Source of the DNA: Nitrospirota bacterium
Lineage (GTDB): Bacteria > Nitrospirota > Nitrospiria > Nitrospirales > NS-4
DNA: 64,000 bases
NCBI GenBank assembly: GCA_963788195.1
Contig: CAWBGA010000017.1
Coordinates: 224,001 to 288,000 of the forward strand
Reading direction: 5' to 3'
Shown here: in pieces, positions 11,107 to 21,739 of the stretch
Layout: the number at the start of each line of letters is the position of its first letter
How positions within the stretch are numbered: position 1 is the stretch's first letter
Notes under the pieces: model-generated
What the model was told of the DNA's origin: nothing
The model's input: only the letters and a program-made list of their open reading frames with translations
Databases searched by the model: none
Made by a program: the position numbers and the translations under genes

Positions 11107-11700
11107 CTATTTCGGCTCCTCCTTTTTATCCTTGAAGGGACTGCCCGGAGGAGAGCCGCCGTGAGAGCGTCCCATCTCGCCTTGGCCTTTCATGCCGCTG
11201 CGGCTGCTACGGTGACCGCCCTGCATCTCATGCATCATCTTTTCATGTTCGGTCTTCTGTTTTTCGCGCTGCTCAGGGGTCAGGACCGCCAACACGTCAC
11301 GTTTGGTTTTGATGACCGCCATTCGCAGGGTGCTCCGCAGGGCTTCACTCTGTTTGACCTTTGTTTCCAACGCCGAAAGATCCGCTTTTTCGTCCTCCTC
11401 CAAAGCACCGAGTTCGGCGTCTGCAACCTGAATATCGGCTTCCGCGCGAATGCGCGAGCGGGTCAGATCCATTTGAAGAGTCTTCAGTTTGGTGATTTGA
11501 TCCGGACTCAGCCCGATCTCCTTCTGATGCTTGAGCAAATGACGGATCATGTGGCCCGCCGTCTGATGATGTGCCCCCATGGCAGATCCACGAGCGTAGG
11601 TCTCCATAGCAGCGTGTCCACCCTCCGCGCGAACAAGATCTGCAATTGGCAGAACCAGAAAAAAACCGAACGCGTATGCGGACAAAATCCTCAACAACAT
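11107..11700 (-). CDS. Spy/CpxP-family periplasmic protein (LTXXQ motifs)
   Basis: Signal peptide; GLSPDQITKL and VLTPEQREK motifs; Met/His-rich. Confidence 0.8.
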   Translation of the reverse strand: MLLRILSAYAFGFFLVLPIADLVRAEGGHAAMETYARGSAMGAHHQTAGHMIRHLLKHQKEIGLSPDQITKLKTLQMDLTRSRIRAEADIQVADAELGALEEDEKADLSALETKVKQSEALRSTLRMAVIKTKRDVLAVLTPEQREKQKTEHEKMMHEMQGGHRSSRSGMKGQGEMGRSHGGSPPGSPFKDKKEEPK

Positions 11701-12437
11701 CGCTGACTCCTTTCTAACTGAGGTCTGATCTTCATGGGAGGCTTTGACGGGAAGGCGTCAGACGAAGAGCGGCGAGCCGACCCGGGTTTCACCTGACGTC
11801 CCACCGTGTTCAGATAGCGCCAGTAATCGACCACAATGCCTGGCGGTACAGCCCCAAAGACGCCCTGAACAAATCCAGACTCGCTACGGACAATAAATTC
11901 CGGCTTCTCGAACATCACAGTAAACCGCTGCGGGGACACCGCGATCTCCGGATGCGCCCGATCATTTGTAGGGATGCCCGGCACAACATCCACGCCGTTC
12001 TTAAAATTGGACACGACAATATGCATCAGACGGCCGGTCACGAAGAGCGCCCCACCCGTCACTTCCCGTCTGACATCTGATCGTCGTTCTGCAACGTAAA
12101 AAACGATTCGGTCATGTGGCGTCGCCTGTTCAAAAGCCCGAACCAACGCGGGAACGACGCGAGGCAACCACTGAGAATCAAACAGAGGCAGCGGCTTTTC
12201 ACGTCCCGCCAGTAGATTTTGCAGCCATCCCGCCTTGTACTGGACTTGGACCTCCTTCAGAATCGCCCTAAGATCCTGCACGGTGAATCGTTGGGGATGG
12301 TCGTAAGCAGCCCCGGGATCCGACACGAGTTGGACGAGGATCTCATCTTCAACCGGCTGAACGTCGGTCGCATAGGGGACGCATGCAGAAAGACTCAATG
12401 CGAGAGCTCCCGCGATCCAGAGCGCTATGTGCTTCAT
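11691..12437 (-). CDS. Hypothetical lipoprotein, paralog of 62782..63621
   Basis: LSAC lipobox; shares sequence blocks with the SHOCT lipoprotein. Confidence 0.75.
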   Translation of the reverse strand: MKHIALWIAGALALSLSACVPYATDVQPVEDEILVQLVSDPGAAYDHPQRFTVQDLRAILKEVQVQYKAGWLQNLLAGREKPLPLFDSQWLPRVVPALVRAFEQATPHDRIVFYVAERRSDVRREVTGGALFVTGRLMHIVVSNFKNGVDVVPGIPTNDRAHPEIAVSPQRFTVMFEKPEFIVRSESGFVQGVFGAVPPGIVVDYWRYLNTVGRQVKPGSARRSSSDAFPSKPPMKIRPQLERSQRCC

Positions 12438-12943
12438 GCCACTTCCTTCACAGAAACCGTCATCTCAACGCGCTCTAAGGGATTGTCGTTCCCGTCCTTT
12501 CGGACCGCCAGGATTCTATCCACGGTGTCAAGTCCGCTTGCGACTTCGCCGAACACGGTGTATTGCCAGTCAAGGGATCCACAGTCATCGGCACAAATGA
12601 AAAACTGTGACCCTCCGCTGTTCGGGTCGTTCCCGCGAGCCATGGAGACGGTGCCGCGCCTGTGAGGACGGCTGTTGAATTCCGCAGGCACCGCATAGCC
12701 CGGCCCCCCTAATCCATGCGTGCCTCGATTTGTTCCTTTACTGTTTGGATCTCCCCCTTGAATAACTTTTAAGCCGGCGGGATTGACACGATGAAATGTC
12801 GTTCCATTATAAAATCCGATCCCCGCCAACTTCAAAAAGTTCTCGCAATGCCTGGGCGCAACATCGAAATAAAACCTCACCTCGATCTGGCCATACTTGG
12901 TTGTGATCACGGCCTTGGTATCTTTTTTCGCATACTTGTCCAT
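12434..12943 (-). CDS. Cyclophilin-type peptidyl-prolyl cis-trans isomerase
   Basis: FYNGTTFHRV, IQGGDP, SMAR, GSQFFI and YTVFGEV motifs. Confidence 0.95.
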   Translation of the reverse strand: MDKYAKKDTKAVITTKYGQIEVRFYFDVAPRHCENFLKLAGIGFYNGTTFHRVNPAGLKVIQGGDPNSKGTNRGTHGLGGPGYAVPAEFNSRPHRRGTVSMARGNDPNSGGSQFFICADDCGSLDWQYTVFGEVASGLDTVDRILAVRKDGNDNPLERVEMTVSVKEVA

Positions 12944-12955
12944 GTTGCGTGAGGC

Positions 12956-14005
12956 TTAATGCTGGGGACCAAGGATCCTCGGGGTGGTGCCGAGTCCTAG
13001 GTTGACAGGGCTCCAATGCGTCCCATGATCCTCAGTTTTAAATATACCCGAACTCGTGCCGGCATAGGCAAGCCCGTCCTTTCCGGCGGCGAACGATTGG
13101 ATAGAACGCTCAGACAGCCCGGCGTTGATTGGGAGCCAGGTCTTCCCACGATCGACGCTCCGATACATGCCCTGTCCGGTTCCGGCAAACCACGTGTCTC
13201 CCGTAATTGCCAGGGCCCGGATCGACGCATTTTCCACGCCTGTCCCCTGGGCGCGCCATGAGTCACCACGATCGCCGCTGACATAGACCCCATTGTCAGC
13301 GGTTCCGGCATACAGGCTTCCACGACCGTCTGCCACCAGGGCACGCACGAAGTTTTCCGGTAAACGGTCACGAGGATGCGATAACTGCGTCGCTGTAATC
13401 CGTATCCATTTCGGAAGTCCTGCGCGCTTTCGATAGATCCCCATGCCCGTAGTCCCTACGTACATGGTGCCTTCGGAATCGACGGCCAAGGCCCGGATCA
13501 GCAGATTCTTGAGTCCTTCATTATCAGCGACCCAGGTTTCGCCCCCGTTCGACGACCGATACACGCCGGAACCTGTCCCGGCATAAAGCGCTCCCTGATG
13601 ATGCACCAAGACATGGGTCTCCAGCCGCTCCAATCCGACATTCACCGGAACCCAGTTTTTTCCCTGGTTGTGGCTTCGGAAGATTCCTCCACGAAGCGTC
13701 CCCGCAAACACCATCTTGTCGGGGGTCACGGCTACAACATAGACAAAAGGATCGGTCAAACCGTCATTGGCTGCCTGCCAGGTCTTTCCGGCGTCGCTAC
13801 TCTTAAAGATGCCCGCGCCGAAACTGCCGGCATAGACCATCTCTCCATCGCCAAGGGCCACCGACTGGATGCTGACGAAGCTCGTGGCTCCCAGGCCGGG
13901 AATATCTCCGGGTCCGTTCTGTGCTGCCGCGGCGGAACCGAGACTGGACACGACGAATCCAAGAATGGCGATCCTGCCCGCCCTCTTGCTTAGGTGCCCT
14001 TTCAC
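12956..14005 (-). CDS. Exported BNR/Asp-box repeat beta-propeller protein
   Basis: Signal peptide and repeated SxDxGxTW motifs. Confidence 0.85.
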   Translation of the reverse strand: MKGHLSKRAGRIAILGFVVSSLGSAAAAQNGPGDIPGLGATSFVSIQSVALGDGEMVYAGSFGAGIFKSSDAGKTWQAANDGLTDPFVYVVAVTPDKMVFAGTLRGGIFRSHNQGKNWVPVNVGLERLETHVLVHHQGALYAGTGSGVYRSSNGGETWVADNEGLKNLLIRALAVDSEGTMYVGTTGMGIYRKRAGLPKWIRITATQLSHPRDRLPENFVRALVADGRGSLYAGTADNGVYVSGDRGDSWRAQGTGVENASIRALAITGDTWFAGTGQGMYRSVDRGKTWLPINAGLSERSIQSFAAGKDGLAYAGTSSGIFKTEDHGTHWSPVNLGLGTTPRILGPQH

Positions 14006-14805
14006 AACACTCGCTTCCCCGCCGTACCAGTAGGGAGAACCACTTCGGCGCCCATGAGATCGCGAACCGGCGGCCGGCCGAAGACCTTCGCGCTGACGAT
14101 CCCGATCTCGTACAATAAAATCAGAGGTACTGCCATCAACAGCAGATTAAAGACGTCACTCGTCGGCGTCAGGATTGCGGCAATGATCAGGTTCAGCATG
14201 ATTGCGTACTTGCGGTAATGCCCCAACAATTCGGGTGTAACCAGGCGCAATCTCGACAGCAGCGTGAGGGCGAGCGGCAACTCGAAGGCCAGCCCGAAGG
14301 TTATAAGAAACTTCACATTGAAATCAACGTAGAAGCCCACGCCCAGTTGCGGCAGGAGTGCGCGGTCGATACCGAATTGCAGCATGAATTGCAGCGATAA
14401 CGGGACGATCACGAAGTTTGCGAACACAACCCCCAGGGCAAAAAACCCGAAGGCCACCGAGAGGAACGGAATTACATATCGTTGCTCACCCGGAAGCAAA
14501 GCGGGTGAGATGAACTTCCAGAGATGATAGAGGATGACTGGCATCGCCAGGACGAGTCCTCCAAGTAAAGCGACCTTGATTGAGGCGAAAATTGCTTCCG
14601 TCGGGGCATAAAAGATCAAGTCCTTGGAATAAGGTTTCTTCAGCCAGGCGATGATCTTGTCGGCATATGGGAACGTGACTAGGCATGCTGCGAGGAATGT
14701 TCCACCACACCAGTACAGCCGTCGTTTAAGGGAATAGATATGACGCTGCAGCGGCGTGCGTACGGGCTCTGATGCAGTCATTGGTATCCTATACTCACGC
14801 CGCAT
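14002..14805 (-). CDS. tatC: Twin-arginine translocase subunit TatC (start may be 14781)
   Basis: FISPALLPGE, FELP and AAILTPTSD motifs; multiple TM helices. Confidence 0.93.
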   Translation of the reverse strand: MRREYRIPMTASEPVRTPLQRHIYSLKRRLYWCGGTFLAACLVTFPYADKIIAWLKKPYSKDLIFYAPTEAIFASIKVALLGGLVLAMPVILYHLWKFISPALLPGEQRYVIPFLSVAFGFFALGVVFANFVIVPLSLQFMLQFGIDRALLPQLGVGFYVDFNVKFLITFGLAFELPLALTLLSRLRLVTPELLGHYRKYAIMLNLIIAAILTPTSDVFNLLLMAVPLILLYEIGIVSAKVFGRPPVRDLMGAEVVLPTGTAGKRVL

Positions 14806-14940
14806 GCCTCAACTCGCCTGTCCCAAGCCCATGCGCTGCATAGGACAGAACCTGCCACACTGTTCGGGCCGACCCTGGCCTGTTCGGCTGACGCGCGACC
14901 TCCTTTAAGGAAGCCGCGCGCTTCTACAGGGTACCGTATT

Positions 14941-15664
14941 TTACGATCGGCCTGCCGACAGAGGCCGATTGTGCTTGAACTGTCTGACGATCTCAGCCAT
15001 TTTGTCTTTTGTCGCAAGCTTTTCAAACTGGATCTGTTTCTTCCGTATCTCCTCTTCGGGGGTCAGGATGTGGAGTTTGGCCAACTCCGCAAGCTGATCT
15101 TCCAGCCGCTGGTGGGTTTCCTCAAGTGCCTTGAACTCATGGTGCTCCTTGCGCACCGATTCAAGAACCGCCGGTTCTTCACTCAGCATGACGTCCCCTC
15201 CTTTCTCCAGAACCATGATCACGGCATCCTCGTACGGATGCTCATAGTAACCTCTGCGCAGGCCTTTGCGCCTGAAGCCGAAGCCCTCATAAAGTCCTTG
15301 CGCCGCCACATTTGAAGCACGCACTTCGAGCAAAGCCGTTTGCGCTCCTTTCTCTGCTGCAATTCGCAAGGCTTGCCCCACTAACTCCCTGGCGATCCCG
15401 TACCGCCGTAACGCCGGTCGGACCGCAAGGTTCATGAGATGGAGTTCTTCGAACACAATCCAAAACATAATATATCCCGCCAGGACTCCTTCTGTAACTC
15501 CGCTCCACTCTCCATGCTCGGCGCGAGCTATCAGATTCGTCGAAAACACGTTGCCTCGTAATTCCCCAAGAAACATCTTCCGCGTCCACGGCTCGGTAAA
15601 CGAGCTGCTGCTCGAGCGCCACCACCTCTTCGAGATCGGTTTCTTGCATCGTCCCAATCTGCAC
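14941..15664 (-). CDS. rimI: Ribosomal-protein-alanine N-acetyltransferase RimI in frame with a C-terminal DUF465/YdcH-like domain (N-terminal frameshift near 15600)
   Basis: ELHLMNLAV, LEVRASN and RRGYY...EDAVIM motifs. The C-terminal domain has HQRLEDQL...KLATKD and its own SD and ATG at 15189. Confidence 0.85.
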
Positions 15665-16417
15665 CTAGAGCCTAGCCTTTAACAGGCGCTTCAACGGTGA
15701 CTTCACCAGCCCCTTCTCCCAATTCAACTCTGCCTCAGCCCGGCGCAGATAGACAGGCTCGACTTCCTTCTCTTGAAGCGTTCCTGTCGGGTTTCTCCGG
15801 ATTTGTCTCAGCGCCAGCTGTGCCACCGTTGCCGCTGTCGGCTTCGCGCTCAAGCCTTCATCTGTCACGCGCGCCCGGCCACGAAAAGCGACCTGCAGCC
15901 GATCTCGGTACGCCGCAACGGCGTCGCCAATGAGGTGGATATCGCCGTGGCTCGGCAACGATGTCTCCAAGGCAAGGGCCTCCGGACTGAGCACAATCTC
16001 TGGGCGCAGCGCCCGAAGTTCGCCGTCTTCACACCTGTAGAATGCCGCGTACACTTCCCCGCGACCGGCGTGCAGAACGGCGCAGACCGTTCCCTGCCCC
16101 AGTCTGTAACTCGCCGCTAAGGCCTCTAACGTACTGACGCCGAACAACTTCGCATTTGTCCCCAGCGCAAAGCCTTTTGCGGTCGCGAGCCCGACGCGGA
16201 TCCCGGTGAAGGATCCCGGCCCCACGGACACCGCCACGGCGTCAATGCTGCCTGGACTAAGCTGGGCCTCTCGCAGCAGCGAATCAATCATTGGCAGCAG
16301 CGTTCCGCCGCCCGTGCCCGGGCCCGACCAGGAGGCTTCGGCTAAAACCTGTTGATCTTCTAAGAGGGCAACGCTCTGCGAGGCGGTGGCAGTCTCTATT
16401 CCGAGAAGCCGTATCAA
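15665..16417 (-). CDS. tsaB: tRNA threonylcarbamoyladenosine biosynthesis protein TsaB
   Basis: GIETAT, GPGSFTGIRVG and PVYLR motifs; adjacent to rimI. Confidence 0.93.
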   Translation of the reverse strand: MIRLLGIETATASQSVALLEDQQVLAEASWSGPGTGGGTLLPMIDSLLREAQLSPGSIDAVAVSVGPGSFTGIRVGLATAKGFALGTNAKLFGVSTLEALAASYRLGQGTVCAVLHAGRGEVYAAFYRCEDGELRALRPEIVLSPEALALETSLPSHGDIHLIGDAVAAYRDRLQVAFRGRARVTDEGLSAKPTAATVAQLALRQIRRNPTGTLQEKEVEPVYLRRAEAELNWEKGLVKSPLKRLLKARL

Positions 16418-17289
16418 TTGGTCTCCAATGCGGACACCCGCACGTCTCCGGTCACCCCCCAGTCGTCTGGCGACAGGTCGGGATTAGGAACGATCTCACG
16501 AAAAGTAAGCACCAGCTTTGCGCGTCCGCTGGCATCCTCCGCCCGAACAAGGTAGGGACGGACAATCTCGACCACCTGTCCCTTGGAGTCTGCAGCCACC
16601 GAACCGACCGGCCGATAATCGTGAAAGATAATTGTCGCCTGTGTTTGCCCCTCGGAACCTAAAAACTCCTCGCGCACAAGTTCGAGCGTACGCTGATCGT
16701 ACCAGAGACGACGCCCTCCGGGGCCATGCACCGAAGGGGTCACTTCCAGCACATACAAGCCGGCTTCATCACGGAGCGTAAGACGGTCTGTGGCCGAGAC
16801 TATGGTGCCGTTCAAGTTCCCCAGCGTTGCCTGGACGCCCAACAGTACCGACGGACCTAATCCGTGATGTTGGTCTAAATCGGTCACGCGGCCGGTTAAT
16901 GATTTGCCCTGCATCGGAATCTTCATCTGATAACGGTCGTCGATCAGCGTGAGATCAAAGATCGGCAAGCCGATGCGGGCGAAGGTTCGCAAGCGGATCT
17001 GATTCGGGCGCTGATAGACCATCGCCGCCTCCATCCGCTGGGTTCCCTTGATTTCCTTTCCGGTAGCTTCAATTGAAAATTGCGCCTTTAGTGTCTGGAT
17101 CGCCGCCCCCCGTTCCTGCAAGCGGGCGACTAATTCCTGCGCTGTCAACATGGGCGGCGGAGGTGCAACACTTGGCGGGCGGGACACTGTGCTACAGCCC
17201 ATTGAAAGCGTCAGCCATGCAGAGATGCTGAGAGTCACAAAGACCGAGGAAGCGCCTGGAGTTCGTATTGCCTTAACCCAGGACGGCAT
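16414..17289 (-). CDS. LolA/LolB-fold-like (DUF4292-type) lipoprotein
   Basis: Lipobox-like SMGC, Pro linker and beta-rich body. Confidence 0.6.
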   Translation of the reverse strand: MPSWVKAIRTPGASSVFVTLSISAWLTLSMGCSTVSRPPSVAPPPPMLTAQELVARLQERGAAIQTLKAQFSIEATGKEIKGTQRMEAAMVYQRPNQIRLRTFARIGLPIFDLTLIDDRYQMKIPMQGKSLTGRVTDLDQHHGLGPSVLLGVQATLGNLNGTIVSATDRLTLRDEAGLYVLEVTPSVHGPGGRRLWYDQRTLELVREEFLGSEGQTQATIIFHDYRPVGSVAADSKGQVVEIVRPYLVRAEDASGRAKLVLTFREIVPNPDLSPDDWGVTGDVRVSALETN

Positions 17290-18753
17290 TCAGTGCGTCC
17301 CCCACTTCCACAACTCCTACCAGTTCCACAGACTCCATAGGCGGAAGCTTCTGTAAGTTGCGTTCCGGCAAGAGGCAGCGGAGAAACCCCATCTTTGCCG
17401 CCTCCCGGAGCCGTGTCTCCGCCTGGCCGACCGCGCGAATTTCTCCGCCCAAGCCTACTTCGCCAAAGACGACCGTCGTCGGCGAGATCGGTCGATTGCG
17501 AAAACTCGAGGTCACCGCTGCAACGATGCCCAGATCAAGGGCCGGCTCATCGATGCGGAGCCCCCCCACGACATTGATATAGACGTCCTGGCCCGCAAGA
17601 TTCAGGCCCATGCGTTTTTCCATCACTGCGATCAGCAGCGCGAGCCGGTTCGCCTCCACGCCATTGGCCATCCGCCGAGGCATGGCAAAGCTCGTCGGAG
17701 AAACCAGCGCTTGCAGTTCGACCAGAATCGGGCGGCTGCCTTCCAGACAGGCGATCACGACTGAACCGGTGGCCTTCTGCGGACGCTCGGAAAGGAACCA
17801 GGCGGAAGGGTTCGCGACTTCCCCAAGTCCGGCATCGGTCATTTCGAAGACGCCGATCTCATTGGTCGAACCGAAACGATTTTTGACGGCCCGCAGAATA
17901 CGGTAGGCGTGACTCTTGTCACCCTCAAAATAGAGGACGGTATCGACAATATGTTCCAATGTACGCGGGCCGGCAATGGTCCCATCCTTCGTCACATGCC
18001 CGATCAGAAAGACCGGCGTGCCGCTTCGCTTGGCGTAGAACATAAGTTGCGCAGCCACTTCCTGTACCTGACTGATGCTGCCCGGAGCGGACGTTAAATG
18101 ACTGGTAAAGGTGGTTTGAATCGAATCAAGCACCAGCGCCACGGGACGCACCGCATCGATCGCTTTGAGCATGTCCTCAAGATTGGTCTCGGGCAAGACC
18201 AACAGGGCCGGTGAGTTGATGCCGAGACGATCGCATCGCATCTTGATCTGGCGAGGAGACTCTTCACCGGAAATGTATAGGACTTTTTTCCTCCCGGGCT
18301 GGAGGCTACCGGCACCGATTCCTGTTCCCTACTCCCCCATTGCACCCGCCCAGGCGCTGCGAGACAGCGCCTGATCCCGTGGCCTGGAATCTGCCGGGAC
18401 AGATTCCTTTTCCCCTCGGCAAGATGCGGCAGGATCTGCAATAACAGAGTCGTTTTCCCGATGCCGGGATCTCCCCCGACTAGAATCACTGACCCCGCGA
18501 CGACGCCTCCCCCTAAAATGCGGTCGAACTCTCCGATGTGTGTGGGAAGGCGACTCTCCGCCCCGGATAGAATTTCCGGTAAGGGTAACGGCCCAACAGG
18601 GCCGTCAATCTGCCGGGGTCGCCCTTTTCCCACCTCGGGAGAGCGCTCTTCCTGCATGCTGTTCCAGTTTTTGCACTCTGGACACCGCCCGAGATGGCGG
18701 GGAAACTGATAGCCACACTGGCGGCAGCGGAACGTCGTTTTGGACCGTATCAC
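17273..18753 (-). CDS. radA: DNA repair protein RadA/Sms with an insertion of about 40 codons and a frameshift
   Basis: CxxC-CxxC zinc finger, GDPGIGKT, SGEES, KNRFG and GEVGLGGE motifs; extra segment at about 18290-18415. Confidence 0.92.
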
Positions 18754-18812
18754 GAGGACAGGTTCCTCCTCTCATCTTAGCGAAGCGCACCCTCAAGGTC
18801 AATTAGCGCGAC

Positions 18813-19558
18813 CTACCCAGACGGGCCATCTCTGTACAGCCACAACTGCAAGGCGATCAGCAGAATAAGTCCCGGCCATGCCAATCGCCAGGCCCAATGC
18901 TTCTTCGGAATTGACCCTCCGATAACGCCGGATGTAGCAAGCCTGGAGGATCCGGCCGCAATCGCTGTCGAGCCCATGAACAGATGATGCATCATGATGG
19001 AATGACTGCCCGGGTGATTGCCGTGCTGATGTAACAACAGCATCAGCCCACCGACTACCGCAAGGATCGGAAGCGGCAGGGTCCAGGCCGGATGCCTTCC
19101 TGTTCGCATACCATCTCACCCCTTCGATCGTGCCGACGCCTAACGAAAGCAACGCAAACAGCTTGTGTTGCAGGATTTCCCAATCCCCCCCGAAAAAGGT
19201 TTGGGTAAAGCTGAGCGACCCTATTGGCCAAGCGTCATGATCGCTCCACCCTAGCAAATAGCCTCCAGCGACGAGCATGGCCAGCGGCAGGACGAACCGT
19301 GTCCAGGCCAGTGACCGAAGGAGCAAAGGCGGCTCGAAGTTCGCTGAGACCGATCAGGAGCACGAACGCCGCAAAGATATGATGGTTAAATTCCGAATAC
19401 GCAATGCCGTCCGGCGATCCTTCCCATTGCGGAGCGCCGCTGGCCTCATGAGCCATGGTATGTTCGCCGGCAAGGTGCTGCGCAGAGATCGAAGTCGAAA
19501 GCGACAATACCAAAACCAATGCCAGCCAGAAATAGGATGAAGTGAGTGTTTCCATCAT
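18813..19558 (-). CDS. His-rich multi-pass membrane protein (split by two frameshifts)
   Basis: Three overlapping ORFs join into signal peptide...YSEFNHH...QHK...LHQHGNH...MHH; possible metal or heme ligands. Confidence 0.6.
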
Positions 19559-19586
19559 TTCCTTTCGGGTGATCGGACCTACACAA

Positions 19587-20374
19587 TCACGCTGCTGCCA
19601 GGCGCCTTCCCACATCCTTCCAGTCTTTCGGCTGCAGGACCCCCGCCGGCCATTTATGACGGGAGGCAGCAGGCGGGGTGACGGCACGTCGGCCTCTGTC
19701 CAGGAACGCCTTGGCCTCCCCGGGCGTGCCGGCGAGACCTGCCCTAATGCCTGTCCAGCCCTCCGCCTGCAGGCGGTCCAACTCGTCCGCAAAGCCTTGA
19801 TCTCCGCGAATAAGAACCATAGGACCAGGTGGTACACGATGGCGATCAGCCCACTCCCGAAGACCGCTAAGTTGCAGGGGATCGGAAGCACACAGATAAA
19901 TGAGGGCATGCCGGCGCGCGAGCGTCGACAGCATCCTGACAGCCTCGGGTTCGGGATCAGGAAAATCCCCATCGGATTTCGCGAAGGGGAGGATGGGACC
20001 CCGGAATGTTGATCGTAGAGTCAGCGCATGCAACGAGATCAGGATTACCGAGCGATTTCGCTCCCAAACAAATAGCCGGGCTGTGGCGTCTGTCGCGGCG
20101 GACCTTCGGCTGCGGGCCAGACGCGCCGACACAACTGCCATCCCCAAAGTCGTGGGGACAAAGGTCTTGACGGCCCGGCCGTCTCCTCCGGTCATGGCCT
20201 GACCGATCGGCCGGCCTTGATGCTGCAAAGAGGAGCACCTCGCCGCCCAAGCCCGATGTCTTCAAGAAATGTTGCTGGAGCAACTCTGCCGTCAACGTGA
20301 CGGATTGTCGCGGCGCGGTCAGAGCGTCATGCAGGATAAGGTGCGCGCTGGGTGAGAGTGTCAGATGATGCCAT
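19587..20374 (-). CDS. Hypothetical protein (frameshifted; Ig-like N-terminus, possible HAD-like C-terminus)
   Basis: Joined from HDALTAP.., GLGGEVL.. and AMTGGDGRA.. fragments; start inferred. Confidence 0.5.
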
Positions 20375-20600
20375 ACCCCCGCTGGGCAATTGAAAAAGCG
20401 TCAAAGGCCGAAAAGATTCCGAGCGCAAGGAATGCCACGTCGGCAAATACCATGAGTTCGGCAAAATGAAGATACAGCAGCAATACGCTTGGTATCGCAA
20501 ACCAGAATCCTCGCCGGTGTCCCAGAAAGATGTGCCCAAGGCCTGCGAGCGCAAGACTCAATGCAGCTGCAAATACCGCTCGCCCCATCCTAGTCGTCAT
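20361..20600 (-). CDS. Small membrane protein
   Basis: LSLALAGLGHIFLG motif and 2-3 hydrophobic helices. Confidence 0.65.
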   Translation of the reverse strand: MTTRMGRAVFAAALSLALAGLGHIFLGHRRGFWFAIPSVLLLYLHFAELMVFADVAFLALGIFSAFDAFSIAQRGYGII

Positions 20601-20906
20601 ACGCTTTCGCCCGAACAGCCGTCTCGCAACACACGTCGCCGCCAGCGCTTAGCGGTCCTTTATGGCTTGCGGCCCGCGGTGCCAGTGTTGTGCAATGGAT
20701 GCCGATGCCAGCAGCCAACGCGGGTCGAATGCAGGACACTAACACACAGAGCAGAGAGTGACCCTCCGTCATAAGGGTCTCTGGGGCATACCGAGGTAGG
20801 CTAATCTCCCCGAGAGTGAAAGGCAGTACGTACAAGCGGATTGTTTTGACAATCGCCGGACTGCCCTGTAGACTGCTGACAATTCCCGCTAGGATCTTCC
20901 CTGCCC

Positions 20907-21725
20907 ATGACTAAAAGCACAGCGGCGGAACTCGAGGTTCTCTCGGAACCAGAACTGCAAGCCCTTCTCGATCTCGATGCGCTCCCGCAACATATCGCCA
21001 TTATTATGGACGGGAATGGCCGTTGGGCGGCGCAGCGGGGACTGCCTCGCCTGGCCGGGCACACCGAAGGCATCAAATCGGTACGGGAAATGATGACGCT
21101 GTGCGGAGAGTTGGGGATTCGTTCGCTGACGATTTACGCCTTTTCACAGGAAAATTGGAAGCGACCGGTGCCGGAGATCAACTCCCTGATGATGCTCCTG
21201 GAATGGTACCTGCAGATGGAAATGGAAGCGCTGATCGAGAAAGGCGCCCGGTTCCGCGCCATCGGACGGGTCAACAGCCTGCCCGCATCAGCGCTCGGCT
21301 GGGTAAAACGCGTAGAACGGGAAACGGAGCACTGCGACAAACTCAATCTCACTGTCGCATTGAGTTACGGCGGGCGCTCAGAAATCGTTGATGCGGTCCG
21401 GCGTCTCGCGAATGATGTGCGGCAAGGTGATCTCGAACCCAACCAGATCGACGAAGGCGTCCTTGAAGGCTATCTCTCCACCCATGGCTTGCCTGACCCG
21501 GACCTTCTTATCCGGACCAGCGGCGAAACACGGATCAGCAATTTTCTGTTGTGGCAGTTGGCCTATACAGAGATGTATTTTACGCCGATCCTCTGGCCCG
21601 ACTTTAGACGCCGCGAGGCGTTGCTCGCCCTCCTGGATTATCAACGCCGCGAACGCCGTTTCGGCAAGACCCGCGATCAGATCCAAGAACCTGTGGCCGA
21701 TATATACGGCGAAAGTCAGACATAA
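20907..21725 (+). CDS. uppS: Undecaprenyl diphosphate synthase
   Basis: IIMDGNGRW, FSQENWKR and RTSGETRISNFLLWQ motifs. Confidence 0.96.
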   Translation: MTKSTAAELEVLSEPELQALLDLDALPQHIAIIMDGNGRWAAQRGLPRLAGHTEGIKSVREMMTLCGELGIRSLTIYAFSQENWKRPVPEINSLMMLLEWYLQMEMEALIEKGARFRAIGRVNSLPASALGWVKRVERETEHCDKLNLTVALSYGGRSEIVDAVRRLANDVRQGDLEPNQIDEGVLEGYLSTHGLPDPDLLIRTSGETRISNFLLWQLAYTEMYFTPILWPDFRRREALLALLDYQRRERRFGKTRDQIQEPVADIYGESQT

Positions 21726-21739
21726 GTCCTGCAGTATCC

